A stretch of 64,000 nucleotides of DNA from Phycisphaerales bacterium (GTDB lineage Bacteria; Planctomycetota; Phycisphaerae; Phycisphaerales; UBA1924), in assembly GCA_965227775.1 (NCBI GenBank), contig OZ245777.1:1696001-1760000 (forward strand). The letters run 5' to 3'. Position 1 is the first letter of the stretch. Every line of letters begins with the position of its first letter. A program made the position numbers and the translations under genes. This document shows, in pieces, positions 46,369 through 54,413 of the stretch. The notes under the pieces were generated by a model that did not search any database, was not told the origin of the DNA, and worked only from the letters and a program-made list of their open reading frames with translations.

Positions 46369-48904
46369 CCTCTACCAGCGGGCGAAGGACGCCTTCCTGC
46401 AAGTATGCGACGCAGAGCCCGCAGATCGCATCGAGCTGCTGGAACGGATCTGCGCCGGCGACGAAGTTCTCCGGGCCGAAGTCCTGAGCCTGCTCAGCCA
46501 TGATCTGGACGACGGTGCTTTTGGCGATCATCTTCCCCCCGGCTCGAAGCTGGGGGAGTTTGAGATCGTTCGCGTGCTCGGCGAGGGCGCGATGGGAGTG
46601 GTGTACGAAGCGAGACAGGCCCACCCCGAGCGCATGGTGGCACTCAAGGTTGTCCGCGGCGGTGCAGCTTCGGCTTCTCTTCGCCGACGGTTCGAGCACG
46701 AGTCCGCGGCGCTCGCGCGCTTGCAGCATCCCGGCATTGCCGCGGTCTACGAAGCGGGCTTCGATCGCGCAACGGGCGCACCGTTCTTTGCCATGGAGTT
46801 GGTCGACGGAAAGCCGCTCACGATACACGCCGCTGCGCTGCGCACTCCCGAGCGCGTAGAGCTCCTCGCGCAGGTCGCCGAGGCGGTGCACCATGCCCAC
46901 CAGCGAGGTGTGATCCACCGCGATCTGAAGCCGGGCAACGTCCTCGTTGACGAACAGGGACGCCCACGCGTGCTGGACTTCGGCATCGCCCGATTGACCG
47001 CCGATGATGGCACCGCCGCGACCATTCGCACGCTGCCCGGCCAGGTCGTCGGGACGCTCGCGTATATGAGCCCCGAGCAAGCCGCGGGCGATGCCGATGC
47101 AATCGACGTTCGGACGGACATCTACGCGCTCGGAGCGGTCGGGTACGAGCTGCTCTCGGGCGAGCTTCCGCTGCCAGTGCGTGAAAAGTCGTTGCCGGCG
47201 GCGTTGAGCGCGATCCAGCACGACGAGCCCAGACGGCTTGGCACGCTTGAAAAGCGGCTGCGGGGCGACCTCGAGACAATCATCTCGACCGCACTCGAAA
47301 AGGACGCATCGCGTCGATACCCATCCGCGGCTGCCATGGCCGACGACCTGCGCAGATCGCTGCGCGACGAGCCCATCACCGCGCGGCCGGCAACAACCTT
47401 GTACCAGCTCCGCAAGTTTGCCAAGCGGCGCAAGGGACCGGTTTTCGCGGGCAGCGTCGTCGTCGCGATGCTCGTGATCGCCAGCGTCGTCAGCGTGGCG
47501 TTTGGAATCCATGCCCAGCAGCAGCGAGACCTGGCCGAACAGCGCCTCTTCGACGTCCGTGCCCTGGCAAATACGATGCTGTTCGACCTGCACGACCTCA
47601 TCGAGCCGCTGCCGGGTGCGGTGGAGGCCCGGCGGCGCCTCGTGCAGACCGGGCTCGAGTACCTCGATCGCCTGGCACAAGACGCCGGCGACGATGCCGA
47701 GCTGCTCGAAGAACTCGCTGAGGCGTACTTCCGCATCGGTGACATCCAGGGCAATCCGCGTCGAGCCAACCTTGGCGATGCCGAGGCGGCGCTCGACAGC
47801 TACGCCCGGAGCATCGAGCTTCGGCGGCGGCTTGCCAGGTCGGCTCCGTCGGAGGCGTCCACGATCGCCCTCTCGCGCACGGAACTCGCGATCGCCGAGA
47901 CGTTGACCAGCACCCCAAGGGCCGACGAATCGGCCGACTTCGCGTCGCGAACGCTCGAAACTCTTGGCGACCTCGAATCGAACGAGGCCGACGAGGTTCG
48001 CGTACTTGCCGAGCAGCGCCTGGGCACGGCCATGCTCAATCGTGGCCAGCCCGACGAGGCGCTCGAGCATTTCAGCCGGGCGCTCGGGGCATCCGAGCGC
48101 CTGGCATCCGACGGCGATCCGGTACAGGTTCGAAGGCTGACGATTGGCCTGAACGAGATGGGGTTGACGCTCGCGAGACTCGGACGAGCCGATGAAGCGC
48201 TGCCGTACTTGGAGCGATCCGAGTCGCTGCGGGCGCGCGCGGCCGAGGCAAATCCCGGGAGCATTCGGGCGCAGCGAGACCTTGCGCTCGTGCAGCACAG
48301 GCTCGGAGACGTGCGCGGCGATCTGGGAGAACTCGACGAGGCCGTAAGGCTGTATGCGAGCGCCCGTGATGCGCTGGCCGGAATCGCGCGGGCCGACCCG
48401 AACGATGCCAGGGCGCACTTCGACTGGTCGGTTGCCGAGGAAAAGTATGCCAACGCCCTACTGCGAGTTGATCGAGTCGAGGACGCGAAGCAGGGCTATG
48501 CCAACTCCCGAGATTTGCGAACCGATCTTGCAGACGCCAATCCTGCCAACCGGTTGTACCGGATGGCCTCGGCGATCTCGATCGAGCGCGTCGCACACAG
48601 CGATCGCTTGCTGGGCAACCACGATTCGGCGAGGAGCGGCTTCCAGCAGGCCATGGCAATCGCGCGGTCGGGGCTCGACGAGAACCCGAACGACGTTCGA
48701 CTGTGGACCGTGTTGGGCATTTCTCAGCTCGGAATGGGCCAGAGCCATCTGGATGCTCCCGACGCCTCTGACACATCTGACGCCAAGCGTTGGCTCACAG
48801 AATCTCGCGGAACGCTCGAACAGATGGACTCACGCGGCATCACGCCCACGCGATCGACGCTGAGTTTCGAGGCTATTGACGCCCTGCTGGCCCGTTGCGG
48901 GTAG
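46355..48904 (+). CDS. Membrane Ser/Thr protein kinase with extracytoplasmic TPR domain
   Basis: GEGAMGVVY, VALK, HRDLKPGN, DFG, GTLAYMSPEQ; one TM; TPR-like C-terminal half; overlaps the ECF stop. Confidence 0.92.
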   Translation: MTSTDLYQRAKDAFLQVCDAEPADRIELLERICAGDEVLRAEVLSLLSHDLDDGAFGDHLPPGSKLGEFEIVRVLGEGAMGVVYEARQAHPERMVALKVVRGGAASASLRRRFEHESAALARLQHPGIAAVYEAGFDRATGAPFFAMELVDGKPLTIHAAALRTPERVELLAQVAEAVHHAHQRGVIHRDLKPGNVLVDEQGRPRVLDFGIARLTADDGTAATIRTLPGQVVGTLAYMSPEQAAGDADAIDVRTDIYALGAVGYELLSGELPLPVREKSLPAALSAIQHDEPRRLGTLEKRLRGDLETIISTALEKDASRRYPSAAAMADDLRRSLRDEPITARPATTLYQLRKFAKRRKGPVFAGSVVVAMLVIASVVSVAFGIHAQQQRDLAEQRLFDVRALANTMLFDLHDLIEPLPGAVEARRRLVQTGLEYLDRLAQDAGDDAELLEELAEAYFRIGDIQGNPRRANLGDAEAALDSYARSIELRRRLARSAPSEASTIALSRTELAIAETLTSTPRADESADFASRTLETLGDLESNEADEVRVLAEQRLGTAMLNRGQPDEALEHFSRALGASERLASDGDPVQVRRLTIGLNEMGLTLARLGRADEALPYLERSESLRARAAEANPGSIRAQRDLALVQHRLGDVRGDLGELDEAVRLYASARDALAGIARADPNDARAHFDWSVAEEKYANALLRVDRVEDAKQGYANSRDLRTDLADANPANRLYRMASAISIERVAHSDRLLGNHDSARSGFQQAMAIARSGLDENPNDVRLWTVLGISQLGMGQSHLDAPDASDTSDAKRWLTESRGTLEQMDSRGITPTRSTLSFEAIDALLARCG

Positions 48905-48940
48905 ATCGCCGCCACCGATCTCGGGCTCATACCATTGTCC

Positions 48941-49444
48941 ATGCCCGCCCGGCGTCGCCGACCTCAACCGTCCGAGAAGACTTCTGCCCCGCTGCCCAGG
49001 GAACAGGCGGGGGATTCCAGCGGTTTGCAACAGGCCATGCCCGATCGACCGCTCAAGATCATTGACGCCGATGACTGGTGGTCGCCCGAAGACGCCGATT
49101 TGCGTGTCGGCGCGGAAGAAGCGGACGACCCCGAGGATCGGCCGATCCCTGGCCGACGCCTGCTCATCGCCGGTGTCCTCATCTTCGTGATCACGACGGT
49201 CACGGTCGTGTTCCTGCCGAACATCGTCGCCGTTCTGACGCCGACCGGTGCCATGGTCGCGTTCGCGGCCATTGTTGCGGCAGCGGTCGTGACCGCGGCA
49301 CCGAAGCGCCAGCCACATTCGATCCGCGAGGCCGAGGGCAAGGCCATCACGTGCGGCGGGCCCCGGCCAGTCGGCGAACTCTCCCGCAAGATGGCCGACA
49401 AGAACAACCGTAGCGGCTGCGGCGGTGGATCCTGCGGCTGCTGA
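48941..49444 (+). CDS. Membrane protein, hypothetical
   Basis: Two TM segments, Cys-rich tail GCGGGSCGC; TACCAT 5 nt before ATG 48941 (alternative ATG 49037). Confidence 0.5.
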   Translation: MPARRRRPQPSEKTSAPLPREQAGDSSGLQQAMPDRPLKIIDADDWWSPEDADLRVGAEEADDPEDRPIPGRRLLIAGVLIFVITTVTVVFLPNIVAVLTPTGAMVAFAAIVAAAVVTAAPKRQPHSIREAEGKAITCGGPRPVGELSRKMADKNNRSGCGGGSCGC

Positions 49445-49471
49445 CCCGGCGCGAGAGCGCTATCACTGGCA

Positions 49472-50338
49472 ATGACGCCAGCCTTCGATCTTGTCATCGC
49501 GTGCGACTGGTCGGCCGCGAAGGGCCGCAAGCCCGAGCCGGGCGAAGACCGCTGCTGGCTCGCGTGGCGGACAGCCGGCGATGAACGACCCGATCCCGAG
49601 TACATGCCTACGAGGCTCGAAGCCGAGGCCCGCGTGCGCGAGCTGATCATCGAACACGCGCAAGCCCGAACACTTGTCGGCTTCGACTTTGCCATTGGCT
49701 ATCCGCTGTCGGACGAGGGGAAGCCAGTGCTGCCAGTCGGTCGCGACCTGTGTGCGTTCATGGCCGACCGGATCACCGATGACCCCTCCGGCGTCAACAA
49801 CCGATTCGAAGTTGCCGAGGGCCTCAACACCGTTGTAAGAGGACAGACGGGTGCGACGTACGGCCCCTTCTGGGGCAGGCCGAAGGAGATGAGACACCTT
49901 GTCGGCCTGCCAATGGGTCGCGAGAAGCCGACCGGCATTCCCCAATTCCGGGCCGCTGAGTCTGCCGCTCGCAGAGCCGGCGGCGGCAAGCCGCAGTCGC
50001 CCTGGAAGCTCGCCGGGATTGGTAGCGTGGGCTCCCAGAGCCTGATGGGCCTACCGACGATCCATCGCTTGCTCAATGATCCGGCGATCGCACCGCGCGC
50101 GCACCTCTGGCCGTTCGAGCCGGTCCCCGAGCGTTCCGACGCGGTGACCTTCGCCGAGATCTACCCGAGCTTGTTCCCGCAGCACGCCCCGAAGCACTGG
50201 TATCGCGACGCAAGGCAAGTCGTCGATTCACGTGACGCGATGTGGGGGTTGCAAGAGCTGGCCCAGCCAACGCACGAGCATGCGACCGTCGAAGGATGGA
50301 TCCTCGGCGTGGACGATGCGCCCCCCGGAGGCAGCTAG
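49472..50338 (+). CDS. Predicted RNase H-fold nuclease-like protein (DUF429-like)
   Basis: IACDWSA, GFDFAIGYP, GSVGSQSL.G, EIYPS, RDA acidic pattern. Confidence 0.5.
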   Translation: MTPAFDLVIACDWSAAKGRKPEPGEDRCWLAWRTAGDERPDPEYMPTRLEAEARVRELIIEHAQARTLVGFDFAIGYPLSDEGKPVLPVGRDLCAFMADRITDDPSGVNNRFEVAEGLNTVVRGQTGATYGPFWGRPKEMRHLVGLPMGREKPTGIPQFRAAESAARRAGGGKPQSPWKLAGIGSVGSQSLMGLPTIHRLLNDPAIAPRAHLWPFEPVPERSDAVTFAEIYPSLFPQHAPKHWYRDARQVVDSRDAMWGLQELAQPTHEHATVEGWILGVDDAPPGGS

Positions 50339-50341
50339 TCC

Positions 50342-51052
50342 ATGCCCCGAGAGCTCGTCGGCGAACTCATGGACGATCCAGCGATTGACCCCGCCGAGCA
50401 CGCGCATGCGCTCCGGGGGCTCGCGAGGCTCAACGCACTGAGCGGTGTGTCAAGGCAGCTGTATCCGATCCTCAAGGGATTGGCTGCGTCGCTCGATCGG
50501 CCGCTGACCATCACTGATGTTGCAACCGGCAGTGCGGATCTTCCGGTAGCATTGCTCCGCAGGGCGAGGCGAGATGGTGTTCGATTCGATCTGAAGGCAT
50601 GCGACATCAGCGAGGTTGCACTCGCCAACGCGGCCGAGCGGGCGAGCAGTGCCGGAGTTGCGCTGACCACCAAACAACTGAACGCCTTGGACGAAGCGCT
50701 GCCCGAGGCCGACGTCGTAACGTGCGCACTCTTTCTCCACCACCTGCAGGACGACGAGATCGTGGCCGTGTTGAAGAGGATGGTGACAGCCGCGAGCCGC
50801 TTTTTGCTCATCAGCGACCTGCGGCGAGGGCCATGGGGCACATCGCTGGCCACCATCGTCCCACGATTGGTGACCCGATCACACGTGGTGCATGTCGATG
50901 CCGTGCGTTCGGCACGCGCAGCCCTGAGCATGGGGGAGGCCCGCTCGCTGACACGGGGAATCTCGGGGGGGGGCTCCTGGAAGATCGATCCCGCCTTCCC
51001 GGCGCGTATGCTCCTTCAATGGCAGCCAGGCCCCAGTACGACGCGATCGTGA
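50342..51052 (+). CDS. SAM-dependent methyltransferase
   Basis: ELMDDP, DVATGSAD, CDIS, LFLHHL, SDLRR. Confidence 0.85.
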   Translation: MPRELVGELMDDPAIDPAEHAHALRGLARLNALSGVSRQLYPILKGLAASLDRPLTITDVATGSADLPVALLRRARRDGVRFDLKACDISEVALANAAERASSAGVALTTKQLNALDEALPEADVVTCALFLHHLQDDEIVAVLKRMVTAASRFLLISDLRRGPWGTSLATIVPRLVTRSHVVHVDAVRSARAALSMGEARSLTRGISGGGSWKIDPAFPARMLLQWQPGPSTTRS

Positions 51053-52086
51053 TCGGGGCCGGCCCCGCCGGCGCGATGGCAGCCCGCGTACTCGCCAATC
51101 GCGGCGTGCGAACGCTCATGATCGACAAGGCGAGCAAGGGCCGCTGGAAGGTCTGCGGTTGTTGCCTCGGCTCCGTCGGCACTGACGTACTCCGACGCCA
51201 CGGACTGAGCCGGATCCTCGGTGAGTCCCGATCGGTCGATGGTCTCGTGCTCGCGGCTCGGGGCAGGCAAGCCAATCTCGGCCTGCATGGGTTTGCGTCG
51301 ATCTCGCGTGAACAACTTGACGCAGCGCTCGTCGATGCCGCCGAAACTGATAGCGTTCAGACGCGATGGAACACTTCGGCACTTGCGAATCCGGATGGAA
51401 GTGTCGCCCTTGGCGACGAAGTGATCCACGCTGGTGTCATCATCGATGCGTCCGGACTGCGTAGTCGTGCCGAGCAAGTGACTTGCGGCGGACGCATCGG
51501 CTTGGGCATGACGACCGATCGCGTGCGATGCCCGGCCAACACGCTCACCATGTCGGTCGCTCGCGGCGGATACCTCGGACGCGTTGCCCTGCCGGATGGC
51601 CGCGTCGACTTCGCGATGGCCGCGAAGCCTTCATTCGTGCGACGCTGCGGAACGCCGACCGAGGCGGCCCGCACCATCTGGGCCGAGGCTGGCCTTGACG
51701 GTGGCGAGATCCCGGATGGTCGCTGGTTCGGCACGCCCATTCTTCGCCGAGAGGCTCGCGCGCAGCACGGTCGCATCCTGCTCGTGGGCGATGCGGCGGG
51801 TTACGTCGAGCCGTTCACGGGCGAGGGCATGTCGTGGGCACTGCTTGGTGGCTCAAGCATCGGAGATGACGCGCTCGCGTGCATCGAGCGGGGGCCACAG
51901 GCCTCAAACTGGCCGAGCACCTTGCGTTCATTGCTGGCGAGACGGCACGCACGCTGCAAGGCAGTGAGCAACGCCGTGCGATCGCCGATGCTCGTCCGTA
52001 TAGCGGTAGGGATTGCAAGCGTTGCGCCCGCGATCGGCTCATCAAGCGCCGCGTTGCTCAGCGGATCGCGGAGGCGTGTCGCATGA
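51019..52086 (+). CDS. FAD-dependent oxidoreductase (geranylgeranyl-reductase-like)
   Basis: VIGAGPAG, KVCGCCL, DASG, VGDAAGYVEPFTGEGM. Confidence 0.85.
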   Translation: MAARPQYDAIVIGAGPAGAMAARVLANRGVRTLMIDKASKGRWKVCGCCLGSVGTDVLRRHGLSRILGESRSVDGLVLAARGRQANLGLHGFASISREQLDAALVDAAETDSVQTRWNTSALANPDGSVALGDEVIHAGVIIDASGLRSRAEQVTCGGRIGLGMTTDRVRCPANTLTMSVARGGYLGRVALPDGRVDFAMAAKPSFVRRCGTPTEAARTIWAEAGLDGGEIPDGRWFGTPILRREARAQHGRILLVGDAAGYVEPFTGEGMSWALLGGSSIGDDALACIERGPQASNWPSTLRSLLARRHARCKAVSNAVRSPMLVRIAVGIASVAPAIGSSSAALLSGSRRRVA

Positions 52087-53132
52087 GCGCCCGCATGCTG
52101 GGCATCGGTACCGCGACCCCTCGTGGGCGCCTGAACCAAGCGGACGCTGCGGACATGGTCGCCGCAGTCGGACAGGTGTCGCCCGCGCGTGCTCGGGCCA
52201 TGAGCCACCTATACGCTCAGTCGGGAATCGAGGCGCGGTCAATGGCAATCGTCGATGGCGATCGCCAGACGTACTACAACGGCACTATTCCCAACACGGC
52301 CCATCGCATGCGGACCTTCCACAAGATGGCCCCGCCAATCGCGCACGAGGCTTGTGTTGGTGCCTTGCAAGATGGCGGTGTGCTCGCGAACAACATCACC
52401 CATCTCGTCACGGCGAGCTGCACGGGTTTGGCTTCGCCGGGCGTGGATATAGCGCTCATCGGTTCGCTGGGCTTGCGAGACTCGGTCCAGCGTGTCAACA
52501 TCGGATTTATGGGCTGCCATGCGGCTTTGAACGCCCTCCGAACGGCACGAGCGATCGCTCTGGCAGAGCCCGATGCGTGCGTGCTGGTGTGCTGCGTAGA
52601 GCTTTGCTCGCTCCACATTCAGGCCTCGCAGCAGGATGGCTGCGCCGTTGCCGATGCCCTCTTTGCAGACGGAGCCGCCGCGTGCGTCATCGGGAGCCAT
52701 GAAGCGCAGGGGCCAGCGCTTCGACGGACCGCGTCCATCCTTCTTCCCGATAGCCTGAGCGCGATGGGCTGGCGCATCGGTGAGGCTGGCTTCACCATGA
52801 CGCTCTCGCCGTCAGTCCCAGACATCCTGTCGAAGTCGGTTCGTGGCTGGGTTGAAGAGCTGCTCGCGACCGAGGGCCTAGGAGTTGCTGATGTTGCGTC
52901 GTGGGCCATCCACCCCGGTGGGCCACGCGTGCTCGGGTCGGTGGCCGACGCGATCGGCCTGGATGTAAGCCACACGCAGGCATCCGCCGACGTCTTGCGA
53001 CATCACGGCAACATGAGTAGCGCGACGATCCTCTTCATCATCGCGGAGCTGCTGAAGCGACATCGCAAGGGCCCCCTACTCGCCCTCGCATTTGGCCCTG
53101 GGCTCACCGGCGAAACGCTGCTCATGACCTGA
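52083..53132 (+). CDS. Type III polyketide synthase
   Basis: Catalytic Cys (FMGCHA), His (WAIHPGG), Asn (HGNMSS); LFADG, AFGPGLT. Confidence 0.93.
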   Translation: MSARMLGIGTATPRGRLNQADAADMVAAVGQVSPARARAMSHLYAQSGIEARSMAIVDGDRQTYYNGTIPNTAHRMRTFHKMAPPIAHEACVGALQDGGVLANNITHLVTASCTGLASPGVDIALIGSLGLRDSVQRVNIGFMGCHAALNALRTARAIALAEPDACVLVCCVELCSLHIQASQQDGCAVADALFADGAAACVIGSHEAQGPALRRTASILLPDSLSAMGWRIGEAGFTMTLSPSVPDILSKSVRGWVEELLATEGLGVADVASWAIHPGGPRVLGSVADAIGLDVSHTQASADVLRHHGNMSSATILFIIAELLKRHRKGPLLALAFGPGLTGETLLMT

Positions 53133-54413
53133 CTACGGCGCACCCCCCGGAGCCATGCCGAACACCATGAGCCCTGTTGCCGAGCGCCGCATGGGGGCAA
53201 AGAGCAGGAACGGTCGCTTGGCGTCTGCTGTCCGCCGGGGCAGATAGTCTTCGCTCAGTACGCGTGTTGCTGTCCCGCGGCCGGCCTCGGGCCCCGGTGT
53301 CCACAGCACGAGTCCGTCGGGCGTTGAGCAAATGGCCCGACCGTCGCCGGCATCGACGGCGGCGACGCTTTCTGGCGCCAGCGCCACAAGCGAGCGGCGA
53401 GACGCGTCGACCGCGGCGCAGCGATCCATCGCGGGGTGGAACACGATTGGACCGAGTGATGCCTCGGTGGGTGAAGGTGCGGCCTCGCGCATGGCGTCGG
53501 TCGTCGAGACACCAGACACCGCGGATTGCGATGCCGCCACGATTTGCGAGGCACCCACGATGCCACCGCTCGCCGCAAGCCGCCACCGTCGCACGACACG
53601 CCCGAGTTCGCCCTCAAGCCCCGTTGTCAGATCGACAAGCAGCAGATCGATGGCGCCATCATCATCGACGGCAAGGCACGTCGCATGACGCTCGTCGGGC
53701 GCAAGGAGCGGGAACACGAGGTCGGCGTCGGGAAGCGAGAGTTCTCGTGCTTGGCCGTCGCGCTCCAGCAGGGCGAGCGAGAAGCGGCTCTCCCCAACGC
53801 TCCGCCGGCTAAACAGGATGGCGCCGCCGCCAGCGAACACCGCGTGTGCCGACACCGATCCATCGCGCACCAGCCAGCGAATGCCAGACTCGGTCTCGCT
53901 CCAGCGGGCGACGCCGATCCACCGCGACCCGTCAGGTCGTGGTGACTCAACAAGCACGCCTTCGGTGCTTGCGTCTCGGCCGAGCAAGATCGGCGAATCG
54001 AGGTCAAACAGCTCGATGCTCGTCCGCAGGCCACCAACGCCTGGCCTGAGTGGCGAGATGGACACAGTGCCTAAGCGGCTGCGATCCGGCGCTGCCGACT
54101 CGATCGCCAGCCGCTGCGCCCGAGGCGGGGCGGGCGTGTCCTGGGTTGCAACGAATGTGCCATCGGGGCTCACGATGGGAACGCTCAGCCCGTCGTACTC
54201 GATCGTTCCGAGCGATTCGACCGTGACGGAGATTCGTGAGGCCGTCGTCCCGCCGATGACTGGCCGTGCGATCGGATCGCTGGGCAGTGCGGGCGGGGCG
54301 CTCGCGCGCTCTTCCCGCAGTGCCTCGGTGCGTTCTTCATCAACAACGCACCCGCCAACACCGACCAGCAGCGCCAGCGCGATGGTTGCCCCGCGCTTAG
54401 CCCGGCTCGCCAT
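53133..54413 (-). CDS. Lipoprotein, possibly beta-propeller, last gene of the T2SS operon
   Basis: Lipobox VGGC after a basic then hydrophobic leader; VSPDG; overlaps the secretin stop. Confidence 0.6.
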   Translation of the reverse strand: MASRAKRGATIALALLVGVGGCVVDEERTEALREERASAPPALPSDPIARPVIGGTTASRISVTVESLGTIEYDGLSVPIVSPDGTFVATQDTPAPPRAQRLAIESAAPDRSRLGTVSISPLRPGVGGLRTSIELFDLDSPILLGRDASTEGVLVESPRPDGSRWIGVARWSETESGIRWLVRDGSVSAHAVFAGGGAILFSRRSVGESRFSLALLERDGQARELSLPDADLVFPLLAPDERHATCLAVDDDGAIDLLLVDLTTGLEGELGRVVRRWRLAASGGIVGASQIVAASQSAVSGVSTTDAMREAAPSPTEASLGPIVFHPAMDRCAAVDASRRSLVALAPESVAAVDAGDGRAICSTPDGLVLWTPGPEAGRGTATRVLSEDYLPRRTADAKRPFLLFAPMRRSATGLMVFGMAPGGAP

